Part shown: one piece after another, positions 40,675 to 54,399 of the stretch
Numbering within the stretch: position 1 is the stretch's first letter
Layout of the letters: every line of letters begins with the position of its first letter
Assembly: GCA_951406725.2 (NCBI GenBank)
Contig: OX597830.1
Span: 12,152,001-12,216,000, forward strand
DNA length: 64,000 nucleotides
From: Octopus vulgaris
Taxonomy: Eukaryota
Direction of reading: 5' to 3'
Translations under genes and position numbers: made by a program
The notes under the pieces: generated by a model
Databases searched by the model: none
Seen by the model: only the letters and a program-made list of their open reading frames with translations
Told to the model about the DNA's origin: nothing

Positions 40675-41162
40675 TTGTATGCATATTTATGAGGTTAAAT
40701 GCAAATGAGCTAAGTGAAATAATGCTAATTGTTCTGTGGCATGGATATATACAGCAAAAGCAAATAATGGTAGAAATACTAAAATACTATACAATGAGAT
40801 TCTTGATTTATTGAAATTATTTTTTCTTAGAGAGAAGAATAAGCAAATGTCTTTTTGCCAGCCATGACTCATTGTAAATGAAATGGGAAAAATAATCTAA
40901 AGATTCAAGAATCCTTCAAAATTGATATGCCATTAAGGAGAGGACACTCTGTCTAGAGGAAATATGTAGGCACTGTTAAAGGTGTCATGATGACAGCAGT
41001 CATCAAATCCAGCAGATGAAATACTTAGACAAATACAAAAAGAACGGAACATATTTATGGCTTATGTTAATATTCATGATGCAAGTGAAATGTGCTAAGA
41101 GAAATAACTCAGAGTGGCATGGATATAAACAATGAAGACAAAAAGAGTTATATATAGATATA

Positions 41163-41366
41163 TTTTTTCTTTACATGTTTCAGTCATTTGACTGCGGCCA
41201 TGCTGGAGCAACGCCTTTAATCGAGCAACTCTACCCCGGGACTTATTCTTTGTAAGCCCAGTACTAATTCTATTGGTCTCTTTTGCCGAACCGCTAAGTG
41301 ACGGGGACGTAAACACACCAGCATCGGTTGTCAAGCAATGCTAGGGGGACAAACACAGACACACAA

Positions 41367-41405
<39 letters not shown>

Positions 41406-41564
41406 ACGGGCTTCTTTCAGTTTCCGTCTACCAAATCCACTCACAAGGTTTTGGTCGGCCCGAGGCTATAGTAGAAGACACTTGCCCAAGGTGCCATGCA
41501 CTGGGACTGAACCTGGAATCATGTGGTTGGTAAACAAGCTACTTACCACACAGCCACTCCTGCG
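41163..41564 (-). mobile_element. SINE family A
   Basis: Reverse complement of the 8931 element. Confidence 0.9.
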
Positions 41565-43228
41565 GCGAATATATTTTCAAATAAGAATTAGGTTCATTCT
41601 TTCATTACCCATATAATGATGCATATTTCCAGTTTTTTAAACATTTAACAAACAAAAGACAAGTTTCTCTCTCTGCATTTGATACTTGTTTATTACAGGT
41701 AATTTTTATCCCCTTAACTTCTCTCTGTGAGAAGTGATTCGGAATTGAATCTGCTACTCAGAGTCTCACAAGAATATGTTCAGCTTATAATCACTCAAAT
41801 AACAACAGATGAGCTGGCAATCAGATAATTTATCCACTGGTCATTTTGCTAATACAAAGAGAAACAATTAAAAATTACTTTAATTAAAATGTTATTTAGA
41901 TTGCAAAACAAAACTTTCATATTCTCATGTTTGAAAAATATATCAGTTTATATATATACATGCACACACATATATATGTCACTGTATGCATATATATCTA
42001 TATCTACATATATATATATATATACATACATACAAGTGTGTATTTGTGTGTGTATTTTCAAACTACCTCATTTGTTATGAAGAAAGCACTTCTTTAATCT
42101 TAGTTTTATTAATTATTGGCTATATATGGCAATCTATAAAATCCTAATAACCCTTTAATTTTTCATTGTGGTATGTGCAATATCAAAACATTATCTTCTC
42201 TGCTTTTCTATAGATTACATTCTGATAAAAGTAATTTTATTTTCATTAATATATATTTTTTATTATGGTGAGTTTTTTTTTTATAATACAGTAACTTTGA
42301 GAAATAAATCTGTGATCCAGTTTTGTTTCCCATTTGAAATTTCTTTAATTATGTTATTAATGCCTCTCAGAGAGGCATTAACATCAGAAATTCCCATATT
42401 CCACTTTTTATTTTTTATTATTTTCAAAAATCTATATTAAGTGTAAATTGTACTTTACATTTAGTTCTATGACCTGAGATTGCTAGTTCTGAAATGAAAA
42501 TGTGTCTGCTTGGCAAATTACTGGAAGTTGATTGAATCATGATGTATTTGTTACAAGGAGAGTTATTTTGATTGTTTCCATTTATTCTGAATATTTCTAT
42601 TACTGGTCCTGGAGCACTGCAAAGATAACAATTAAGTGTAAATCAGACAGCTATATGAATGTACTGCCAAAGATGGAATAAATTTTGATTATTTATCAAC
42701 AATATCCTATTTTTTGAAATTTATTTAAAAAAATTTATGTTTAATTCATTGAGAAAATTTCACTCTTCAAAAAAAGTGCAAATAGGCCCAAATGTGCCAC
42801 CTGTTTTAAAGCCATCAGCCCAGCATTGAAGATAACATGATTTGACATGCTCATTCTGACTGTATTTTTCCTTGTGTAGTGTCACTCTTAGTCAGAAGAT
42901 ATAAGTGGAAAAGACTACATAGTGGATACCAAAGGCCAGAGAGGACCAGGATGCAGCTACATTGGTAACGCCTTAATAAACTGCTCTATTAATTGATAGC
43001 CATGCATTCCTTCTTTTCCTTCAGAAAGCACAAAATTCCAAGACACTCACTGCAACCACCAACTTCTTATAGACATCAAAGTGGCAGTTTCCAATGACTC
43101 CTGATTTCTAGTTTCATTTACCTCTTTAATAAAGAATTACACAAATAAGAAAGTGCTGCAACTCTGGAATTAAAAGAAATCTTCTTGATAATTCTCCCTC
43201 CCCTATGCTAACATTTATGCACTATAAA

Positions 43229-43393
43229 GGCGCAGGAGTGGCTGTGTGGTAAGTAGCTTGCTAACCAACCACATGGTTCCGGGTTCAGTCTCACTGCGTG
43301 GCACCTTGGGCAAGTGTCTTCTGCTATAGCCCCGGGCCGACCAATGCCTTGTGAGTGGATTTGGTAGACGGAAACTGAAAGAAGCCTGTCGTA

Positions 43394-43436
<43 letters not shown>

Positions 43437-43625
43437 TTGTGTGTCTGTGTTTGTTCCCCCTAGCATTGCTTGACAACCGATGCTGGTGTGTTTACGTCCC
43501 CGTCACTTAGCGGTTCGGCAAAAGAGACCGATAGAATAAGTACTGGGGTCGATTTACTCGATTAAAGGTGGTGCTCCAGCATGGCCGCAGTCAAATGACT
43601 GAAACAAGTAAAAGAGTAAAAGAGT
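43229..43625 (+). mobile_element. SINE family A
   Basis: Direct match to the 8931 element, with a small internal deletion. Confidence 0.9.
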
Positions 43626-44445
43626 ATATGTTTTACAGGGATTCTTTGGGAAACCACCATAGTGTGTCCTCTCATCAAAAAAAAGGCAACTTCTGATCCT
43701 GTTATTGCATCTATTATCAGCAAAACCTTCAGTCATGTCTGGTCTTGGGATCTTCTAAATTGCCTGTGCATGGTCCTTATCCCTCCCTCATTTCTTCTTA
43801 TCATTGTATGCATTGTGTGCTGATTGGTTCATCTTTGATGCCCACTATTATTTGTGGTTTATCTCAGGGTTTAGTGATTTCTTGCACACTCTACAACCTC
43901 TTCGCTAATGACTTAATTGTTGTCTCTTCTAACAATGCACACCATTATCCCTCCTTACCTCTCCTCACACAGCATCAGTGTCATGCAACTTAAACACCCC
44001 ACACCAGACATATATATATCTTCTCCGAGCAATGCATTTGAGAACATTCTTTAATAGAGACATGATAATCTACTCTCATTTAACACAGTCACTACATATA
44101 AGGCAACTTTTTTCTCATTAGCTTATTAAGAATGCACAACTTAAACCTTTAAATACCTGCAAATGTGAATTTTTGTTACCTTTATTGAACTGCAAAGCCT
44201 CTGTTCTGTACTAGATAGGGGTCTATTCTTTCCACTCAGAGCCACCCAACATATTGGCTTTTTTTTAACTCACTTCCTAAGCCTGGCTTGAGATGCTTCA
44301 TACATTCCTTCTTTCAAATAACTGAAATCCTCTGAAATTCTCCCTGTCTACACTTTCCCTGCGAACTTGTACCTGCAAGCTGAACATGTTAAACTTAGTT
44401 TGACAGATTCTGCAAACGTCATAGAAATTGTGTCACTATCTTTCA

Positions 44446-44673
44446 TTAACCCTTTAGTATTTAAACCGGCCGTTTCCGGCCCAAATATTCTACTTATTTT
44501 ATGTTCAGACAGGCCATATTCAGCCTCTCACACCTACTCTACAATGTCATTCTAAAAATAAGCAACCACATCATCAAAATCTTAAAGCTTCAAGATAATG
44601 CATGATTACTTCAAAACAGTGTGAACCAAAAAGCATTAAATTTGATGGAGTACTCTGAATATTAAAGGGTTAA
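44446..44673. mobile_element. TTAA-specific MITE
   Basis: TTAA-CCCTTTAGTATT ... AATATTAAAGGG-TTAA terminal inverted repeats with TTAA target duplication. Confidence 0.75.
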
Positions 44674-45874
44674 TTTATTAAAAAACACTACAAAATATTA
44701 TGGTAACCTGAAAATAATCCTAAAAGATAAACAGAATTTAATGCTTTATAAAATTATTTAGTGCTTAGATTTAAATATAAGGAAAAGATTCTCAAATTTC
44801 ACAAGTTTTAAAGAAAACAAAATAAACTTTTCTAAATTTTGAAAAAGAAGGATTTAACGTGGAGGTTGGATGAGACTTTTAACTGGTTTTTATTAAAAAG
44901 AATGCTTAGTAAAGGAAAACACACCAGAGAAGAGATACAGTTCAACAAACTGGGCTACAGGTATAAAGATGCTTATTAAACATGAGGCCCTTTTTATAAT
45001 GTACCGTGATATTCATTTTTAAATACACTTTCAATTCTATGGTAAATAAAAGAAAATTGAGAAAATATTTTCCAAATATGAAGATTCTTGCTGAAGAAGA
45101 AATCTGTGAATGTGTTTTGCATGAGGATGTGTTTCAGGTGTAAACAGATGTGCAAAATGAACATTTTTAGGACACGAGATTCCTATGGAATAGAGGTAAG
45201 TCAAAATATACCATTCTTCATTGGAACCATCCACTTTACACTGAAAGGTAGGAATGCCACATTTCCTGTAGAATCTTTGTCTTTGTGTGAAGTGATTGGA
45301 TAAGTTATTTTTAACATATTTGATACATGGAAACTACTTGGGTGCAAGCATGACTGTGTGGCAAGAAATATGTATGTATGTGTGTATTAGTGTTTTTGTG
45401 TCTGTCCCACACCACCACCACTTCACAACCAGTATTGTTTATGTTCAGATAATTTAGCAGTTCAGCCAATGAAACCAATAGAAAATAAAGGTCAAGCTTA
45501 ACATATTTATGTACTGGTGTCAATTTGTTTGACCAAAACCTTCAAGGCAGTGCCTCAGCATAGCTGTTCCCCAATGACTGAAACAAATCCAAAATAAAAG
45601 GTAGAAATATTTTTATTGTGAACAAGGCAGGGAGCTGGTAGAATTGTTATCACACTGGGTAAGATACTTAACAGCATTTCATCCGTCTTTGCATTCTAAG
45701 TTCAAATGCAGAGATAATTATAAAAAGGATACAAAATGGAAAGTAAAAAGTATTGTAGGGAGTTAAGTTATTTTACATAAAATAGTTGAGATTCAGAGGA
45801 AAAATTACAAGTCAATAAAAAGATAGTTGAGCAGAAGAGAGTATGTGAGAGAGTTTGCAGTTCTATTATCTTTT

Positions 45875-46102
45875 ATTTTTACTTGTTTCAGACATTTTTG
45901 ACACCAGCCATGCTGGGGCATTGCCTTGAAAGGTTTTAGTTGAGCAAATCGTCCCAGGTCACTTTTTAAGGCCTGGTACTTATTCTGTCAGTGCCTTTTG
46001 CGGAACTGTTAAGTTATGGGGATATAAACATACCAACACTAGTTGTCGAGTGTGGGGGACAAACACTGACATAAAGATGCACACATAGATGTATACATAC
46101 AT

Positions 46103-46144
<42 letters not shown>

Positions 46145-46278
46145 GACAGCCTTCTTTCAGTTTCCATCTACCAAATTCATTCACAAGGCTTTAGTTGGCC
46201 CGCAGCTATTGTAGAAGACACTTGCCATGCAGTGGGTTTGAACCTGGAACCGTGTGGTTGAGAAGCAAGTTTCCTGTG
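45875..46278 (-). mobile_element. SINE family A, diverged (an older + copy lies at about 45340-45600)
   Basis: Degenerate match to family A along its length. Confidence 0.75.
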
Positions 46279-46654
46279 ATGCAGCCACTCATGCACCTAC
46301 AGGTAGGATCATCAAAAAAAAAAAAGTACTCCATCCTGTGAAAAATAAATATCTTCAAACATACACAATTACAAAAGAGCTAGTAATAGTTTCATGCTTT
46401 AAGATTCATTAAATTGGCAGATATGTAAAATGCGGTGTATCTCTTTCAGGATCAGTTCATAATGTTAGATGTATTTAAACAGTTAAAAATAAGGCCACTA
46501 ACTTGGCTACACATGTTTGGTCCGAAGATCAAATGCACATCATATACAATCAAGTGGAGAATTGCGGAAATTTTTACACCTATATAAATGGGTCAAAGAA
46601 ATGTCAGTTAGGTGTAGTAGAAAGATGGCACATTCTTTTTAGGTCTAAGAATTC

Positions 46655-47260
46655 CACCTATCTATCTATCTGCTCAGTCGAAGTCAACTCTCGGTTACTC
46701 GTTGGATCAGTGTCCTCCAGTCAGTTCTATCCTAGATTGGCTATGTCCATTCCGGTACCACTCTTGATGGTGCCAAGCCAGCAGGTTCTTGGTTGGCCTC
46801 TTCCTCTCTTGCCACTGACCATTCTGAGCATGATGGCCTTCTCCAGGGATTTTCTCTGCATAGTATGACCGAAATATGCCAATCTATGCTTGGTGATCCT
46901 AGCTTCTAGCGACATTTACGGCCTGATCTGCTTAAGAACTTCTCCATTGGTGAGCCTCGCTGTCCATGGAATCCGTAAAAGTCTTCTCCAACACCAAAGC
47001 TCGAATGCATTAATTCTCTTCTGGTCAGCTTTTTTTAGTGTCTAGGTCTCGCATCCATATGTTGCTATTGGGAAGACAATTGCATTCACCAATCTGCATT
47101 TGGTAGTGAGTCTGATGTCTCTACTCTTCCAGACCTTGCTCATGCTGACCATTGCCTTTCTGCCTAGTGCTATCTGCCGTCTTATTTCTGGAGTGCAGTC
47201 ACCATCTCGATTTATTTTGGAGCCCACCATACTACTTAATTCCAGATTCAAAAGTTTTAG
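46655..47260 (-). mobile_element. RTE/BovB-like LINE 3' fragment
   Basis: GSKINRDGDCTPEIRRQIALGRKAM...IATYGCET*TLKKADQKRINAFELWCWRRLLRIPWTAR...LAYFGH...KRGRGQPRTCW, ending in a (GATA)n tail. Confidence 0.85.
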
Positions 47261-47924
47261 AAAATGCGAGAACATGGGCAGGTTTCTTTCATTGAACTGG
47301 TGGACAGCACAGACTCTGACCTCCTTTCTGTTATATTATTCTGCACCAGTTACATGAATTATAGTTTCTATTATCAAGGATACTGGTTTTCTTTCTTTTT
47401 TTTCTATTTTTTTTGTTTCGCTTTCTGCATCAACCTTCTTTGTGTTTTTTCTCATGTTTTCTCATAGTCCAGGGTTTTGTTTTATAAAAATACATCCAAT
47501 GTCATGAACTAAGCCTGAAAGATTGCATGGAGATGCATGATGGTATGTTATATACATCCATCAATTTAATGTATCTTAATGCCTGAAACTAATAGTATCT
47601 CTTTTGTAATTGTGTGTGTGTGTAGATATATATTGTGACAGAAAATTTTTGAAAGGATTATTGCAAAAAGGAGAGATGATTGTAAAAGGGATTTGAAGAA
47701 GAATTCTATTAAAAAGGGATGTGTACAGAAACTACTGACAGAAAAGCTATTTTACACAGGTTGGTAGAAAGTGTTGAAATGCAATAGAGATAGTAAAGTT
47801 CCCAGTTATGTTAGAAAGTTAAAATGAATGATTTCCAATGTTGCAAGAAATACTAGAATGGTTACCAATTAGGAGGTTCGCAAGAAGAAATTGAGTGAAG
47901 TAATTCAATTAGTATGTATTGTTA

Positions 47925-48345
47925 CCTGCGTCGCCTGACTGGCACTTACACCTGTGCTAGTAGGGTGCCAAGAGCACCATCCGAGCGTGATCATTGCCAG
48001 AGCAGCCAACTGGCTTCCGTACCCGTGGCACATAAAAGGGCACCATTCGAGCGTGATCGTTACCAACGTCGCTTCACTGGCACCTGTGCCGGTGGCACGT
48101 GTAAAAAGATTCGAGCGAGGTCATTGCCAGTGCCGCCTGACTGGCCCTCATGCCAGTGGCACGTAAAAAGCACCCACTACACTCTCGGAGTGGTTGGCAT
48201 TAGGAAGGGCATCCAGCTATAGAAACTCTGCCAGATCAAGATTGGAGCCTGGTGCACCCATCTGACTCGCCAGCCCTCAGTCAAAATCGTCCAACTCATG
48301 CTAGCATGGAAAGCGAACGTTAAACGATGATGATGATGATGGTGA
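47925..48345 (+). mobile_element. Retroposon family C with (GAT)n tail (other copies at 6140-6464 +, 19618-19930 -, 22455-22610 +, 22615-22850 -, 23570-23712 -)
   Basis: Shared gtggttggcattaggaagggcatccagct...catgctagcatggaaag..gacgttaaa.gatgatgat; internal subrepeats. A microsatellite tail is typical of RTE-mobilised SINEs (inference). Confidence 0.7.
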
Positions 48346-48769
48346 TGTATAACAGAAGCAAAACCACATGTAGGTTGGTGCAAGAAGATATTGTAACAGG
48401 AATTTTGGAGGGAGAGAGAAGTAGGAGAGCGAAGCCAGGGGAGATAATATAGAGTTCATTAGCATGTGATAAATGTATGTGTTTGTATGTTAGCATATGT
48501 GTGTGTGTGTGTGAGAGAAAGCATGAAGAATGGTCAGCAGTAAGGCAAAAGGAGAGCAGTGGGTGGTTGGAGGATGAGTATAGGTGAAAGTAGGTGGGTG
48601 ATTGTGGCTTCGCATTCCAGTGCAGGTGTGTAAATAATAGAATGTAGAGTGTACGGGGTGGGGTGTAGGTGTGGGTATATGTGTGGGGTGTGATGTAAGA
48701 CGGGGGATGTGTTGAAGTGTTGGCGTAAAAGAGATTTGTGTAGGCTGGAAGAGTGGTGTGAGTATATAT

Positions 48770-48979
48770 TCTCTTTTACTCTTTTACTTGTTTCAGTCAT
48801 TTGACTGCGGCCATGCTGGATCACCGCCTTTAGTCGAGCAAATCAACCCCGGAACTTATTCTTTGTAAGCCCAGTACTTATTCTATCGGGCCCTTTTGCC
48901 GAACCGCTAAGTGACGGGGACGTAAACACACTACCATCAGTTGTCAGGCAATGCTAGGGGGACAAACACAGACACACAA

Positions 48980-49010
<31 letters not shown>

Positions 49011-49182
49011 CATATATACGACAGGCTTCTTTCAGTTTTCCGTCTACCAAATCCACTCACAAGGCATTGGTCGGCCCGGGGCTATAGCAGAAGACACTTG
49101 CCCAAGGTGCCACGCAGTGGGACTGAACCTGGAACCATGTGGTTGGTTAGCAAGCTACTTACCACACAGCCACTCCTGCGCC
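48770..49182 (-). mobile_element. SINE family A
   Basis: Reverse complement match to family A. Confidence 0.9.
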
Positions 49183-49599
49183 ATATATATATGTTTGTAT
49201 GAGAGTTTGGGGAAGGAGGCATGTTGGGAAGTGTGTGTGTGTAAGGGGTTATGTGTGTTATGATAGAGGTAAGAGGTGTGGGTGGGGATGTGTACCGATG
49301 TATACATCAGTACACATCCCCATGGGGAAAATTAAGGGTAAGAAAGCTGGAGGGGAAGGGGGGTGCATGTGAAGTGGGCAGTGAGAGGTGGTTTATGTGG
49401 TGGAGAAAGAAGGGTTGTTGGGATGTAGGAAGGGTGTGAAAGTGCAGTAGAGGGCAGAGGTTTGTGTGATTGGGAGAAGTGTGGGAAAGGTGAGTGGGTG
49501 TATGCAGGTGTGGGGCGTGATGATGGAGCACCAGGTGGCAAGGGAGAGAAAAGCAAAGGAGCTGGTAGAAGATAAAAAAAGTTAAGAGAAATTAGGATG

Positions 49600-50705
49600 G
49601 AGCTGAGGCAGAAAAGACTACAAGTTTGATGCGAAAAACAAAAATGAGCTTCTGATCCCTCTGGCGGAAGAGCTAGGAATGATGGCCAAGCTAAGTACCG
49701 AGAGAGATCGAGCGGAGTGGCTGTCGTAGCGGAGATACCTATGCAGGCGATCTGCTTCCCAGTCGGGTATCTTTGAAATGCTCCACAAATCTATCCGACT
49801 GACGTAGGCCCGTTTGCCTAATGTAGAAGAGGCCAGGGGGAATAATGGGGGTGCGTAGACGATATTGGTGGAGGTTCAACAGCAGGAGCATGGAAGGTGA
49901 TGTTGTTGGGTCCGGTAGGATGTGATGTGGAAGATATAGTTGTTGGGTCCGGTAAGGAAGATGGTCGGCGAGCTGGCAGAAACGTTAGCACGCCGGGCGA
50001 AATGCGTAGCCGTATTTCGTCTGCCATTACGTTGTGAGTTCAAATTCCGCCGAGGTCGACTTTGCCTTTCATCCTTTCGGGGTCGATAAATTAAGTACCA
50101 GTTACGCACTGGGGTCGATGTAATCGACTTAATCCCTTTGTCTGTTCCCTCTATGTTTAGCCCCTTGTGGGCAATAAAGAAATATATCTTTGAAATGCTC
50201 CACAAATCTATCAGACTGACGTAGGCCCGTTTGCCTAATGTAGAGGAGGCCAGGGGGAATAATGGGGTGAGTAGACGATATTGGTGGAGGGACAACAGGA
50301 GGAACGTGGAAGGTGATGTTGTTGGGTCCGGTAAGGAAGATGGTATAAGAAATGAAAGGACAGGTGTGACAGCGGGAAACCGAGACGGGAAGGTGGAATC
50401 CGAGATTGGAGTAGTGGAAAGAGAACAAGAAGAGTGGGCGAGAAAGCTACGGGAGTTCCAGGGACGTCTGAAGGAGGGGATGGGTGTGAGGGTGAAGAAA
50501 CAGGAAATGGTAGGGTCAAATAGAAGGCGGTGGAAGAAAGGGGCAGAATGGTGGGTAGTCGGTGAAGGGAAGGGGAATGTAATGTGTGGGGCGTCTGGAC
50601 GCGAGGTGTAAGGGGCGAGGTGTGATCAACGTTACGGACGCTGGAAAGAGCAGAGTGGATAAGGACGGGCGGGTAACCACGACGTGCCTAGCAATTTATG
50701 CGGAT
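49600..50705 (-). mobile_element. Penelope-like element remnant (GIY-YIG region, partly duplicated)
   Basis: Minus strand CPSTNIVY...LYIRQTGLRQSDRFVEHFKDI matches the PLE GIY-YIG pattern; decayed. Confidence 0.7.
49964..50184 (+). mobile_element. SINE family B inserted in a Penelope remnant
   Basis: Match to family B; flanked by a long direct repeat. Confidence 0.85.
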
Positions 50706-51170
50706 TTGGAGGAGACTACATTATGTACATTAGGGATATGAATTTTTCACAGCCCAATGACCCTATACTGTAATTCGATGAATAATTTCATATAAGTCAG
50801 GAAACTATTATTTATTTTGCTATATTTGAAAAAAAAAAAAGACGTCACCTTCAACTTAAGAAATCGATCACCACTTTTGACCCAAATCATACAAAATTCT
50901 AGTGAGGCTCATAACGCCTTGGATATATATATATATATATATATATATCTACCTGACAATTTCTTGTTAAGTTTTCCTTATTAAGTAGTTGTCCTTAATT
51001 GCTAAATTTTTATTCCGAAAAAACTTTTCCTCTCCCGAAATGCAATTCGTAAAAGTTTGCCATTTGACGGATGTAATATATGTAAACTCACCCATGTGCT
51101 TCGTTGAATGTTGAACAGTTAGCTGATCGACTTAAGCGGGGCAGGGTCGTTGTTTATTTATAATGCATTC

Positions 51171-51218
51171 AGGCCTGCTGATGAGTACGTAAGTATGAAA
51201 TCACTGTGATACAGGTCT
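51171..51218 (+). ncRNA. Type I minimal hammerhead ribozyme (Penelope-associated type)
   Basis: Stem I AGGCCUG/CAGGUCU; core CUGAUGA (51178-51184); stem II GUAC-GUAA-GUAU; GAAA (51197-51200); palindromic stem III UCAC-U-GUGA; AUA cleavage triplet. Confidence 0.7.
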
Positions 51219-51364
51219 ATATATTTTTTAAATGTCTTACTTTGAAAAATTGCATTCGGTGGGATTAGTAATATTTTTTGGTAGAAATGACTAATTGTCC
51301 CTCTTAGCGTTTGGCATGTATGTATTATGCCTTCTGGCATGTATATAATGCCCTCTATATATAA

Positions 51365-51420
<56 letters not shown>

Positions 51421-51554
51421 AAGACACATGAACATGCATAATACGGGACATAACCTATATAGACATGTCAATATCTGTAAGCACATATGGCTCTGTTCTT
51501 ATACATAAAGGATTGTTTCATATGCGTGTGTATTTATGTGTATGTACGTATGTC

Positions 51555-51926
51555 TTAAGGCTGTATCATGCTCGGGGACATAGAAATAATCGGACTGAAT
51601 ACCCGATCGCGCGGTTAAACCATTGGGAGTGAAGGACTCCCAGCCTTTGTTAGGGCATCTTTCTAGGAGAAGGTAACTCAGGCAACTGGGATAACTTCGA
51701 CGTAAAAGCTGCGGCTCAGTGGTTACCGATGATGTCGACTTGTTCTTCTTTTCGGATTATGGCTGCTGTTGCTTAGTGAGTGGGATTGACTCAGTGCACA
51801 GCCTTTCCACACTTTAAAAAAAATTCTTCTTGCACAGGCATTGCACGATAACAACATTGATTAAGCTTCGTGCAATGGCCATACTCGGTAACGAGGGGGC
51901 AGTCACCATGTATGTATGTATGTATG

Positions 51927-51960
<34 letters not shown>

Positions 51961-52030
51961 TGTATGTATGTATGTATGTATGTATGTATGTCTGTATGCA
52001 TATATGTATGTATTTATGTATGTATGTATG
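51555..52030 (+). mobile_element. Probable non-autonomous retroposon with (TATG)n tail
   Basis: GC-richer, CpG-containing block that ends directly in (TATG)n; the taggagaaggtaactc motif is reminiscent of RTE 5' UTRs. Confidence 0.35.
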
Positions 52031-52242
52031 CTTGCTTGCATATATATAGGTATTTATATAGACGTGTGGCGTGTGTATATATGCAGTACTTCTTGTGTGG
52101 ACAGGTTGCTACTGGTGAGTTTAAGTGCTCCACGTAGAGTATCATTATGCAGCCTACTTCCAGGAAAGTGGTGTGGTTACTACTCAGCAATGTTACTGGT
52201 TATGATATACTGAAGAAGTATGATAAACACAAAGTGCATACG

Positions 52243-52743
<501 letters not shown>

Positions 52744-52899
52744 TAGAAATAGTAACACAAATGGGCTGAGGTTCACTACAGTTGTTTCAGACGTGTTTTC
52801 TTTTTCAATTGATGAAATTTCATCATGGAAAAATGTTATTTTTTTCAGGTGAATTAAAATGAAATAAAATTTAACATTTAGAATTTTCTCAAAAATAGT

Positions 52900-54350
52900 A
52901 TAGGATGCATATTTGACAGATTCCTTGTCATATATATTTCACATCAGAATAGCATTCCCCATACCGAATGGTTCCGATAGGGGCCCATTCGCTCAAACTA
53001 ATGAGCAGATGTCACTGTAAGTTCCGGTTATCCCGCTGCAAAAGGCAGGACCGAGACCGGCCGCCGTGAGAACAGCCGCAAAGTATTAGTGGTCGACTCT
53101 ATCGAAAGCTTTAAATTGACCCAAGATGATCATGGCCCCACCCATGCCAGGTATTTTGCTTACCCTTTCTCTGATGTATCGCATGACTTGGAGGTTGTCG
53201 TGGATAGATCAATTCGAGACACTACACGTTTATGCATCACTAGTCCAACCCTCGACGACAAGCTAAAATCCTGAAAAAAAATTTTGGAATCTGTGTTTAG
53301 CAGTGTTATATGTTTTAAATGATCTATTTTATCCTCCTTGTTTAGGTCCTGTCTCAGCCATACTTCCGCTCCTCGATACAGAACTAGGAATTCTCCCGCT
53401 ATGTTACCAGTTGTAGTAGATATCCACTAGGAGGTCTCCAATCAAGCCTGACTTAATAAAAGTAAAAGTCGTAGGGCAGACCATCCAAACTATGTTATTT
53501 TCCCCTACCCATTTAATCCTCGCTTCAGGTATTTCTATGACAGTTATCAGCTTTTCACAACACACCGTCTCCTTTGCTGAGAGCCGCGGACGGCTGTCGA
53601 GGTAGGCACTGAAACCTATCTTACGTTCCGGTCCGTCATTCATCCCAAACAGTCAAGAGAAGAGCTAATGAAAAGCTGTGAACATAGCATGCATCCATCA
53701 TGGTACGTTAAAGACCGATTTTTTGCCATTTTGCGCTTCTTATTTCTTTACTACCCACAAGGGTCTACACACAGAGGGGACAAACAAGGACAGACAAACG
53801 GATTAAGTCGATTATATCGACCCCAATGCGTAACTGGTGCTTATTTAATCGACCCCGAAAGGATGAAAGGCAAAGTCGACCTCGGTAGAATTTGAACTCA
53901 GAATGTAGCAGCAGACGAAATATCGCTATGCATTTCGCCCGGCGTGCTAACGTTTCTGCTACTCGGACTATCAGCAGCTTTCGTTCTCCCATGTCTTATA
54001 GCACGATTGTTAACTCTGACAATGTAGCCTTCGTGCTTCGCGCTGAAAAGTTGACCGAGGGCCAATCTCACCGTGTGCACCTCGGTTGCGATGTTTTTCT
54101 CAAGGGCCACTTCTAAATTTCTCACTAAGTTTCTTTTTATTCTATTAGTTTCTTTTGCTATGGTCTTGCTAAACCTAATTGTTTCTACTCTAATGGTCCT
54201 TTTCTGGGAAAACCACCATTTGTTCTTGACGATTGACCCAAATAAACGCCACTTTACTTATTCGCTAATTCGGTCTTTGTAAGTTTGGCATAGAGGGACT
54301 GGCGCGTTTAGCTTCCGGTAACCGCGTCCCTGACTACGAAGCTTATCTAT
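52900..54350 (-). mobile_element. Tx1/L1-clade LINE ORF2 remnant
   Basis: Minus strand KWWFSQKRTIRVETIRFSK, CEKLITVIEI, DGLPYDFY, IGDLLVDIYYNW, ITLLNTDSK and KAFDRVDH. Confidence 0.7.
53740..53960 (-). mobile_element. SINE family B inserted in a Tx1/L1 remnant
   Basis: Reverse complement match to family B. Confidence 0.85.
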
Positions 54351-54399
54351 GTAAAGAAAGAATACGTTCGGCAGCTAGAGATACCCCAAAAGCGACTCA

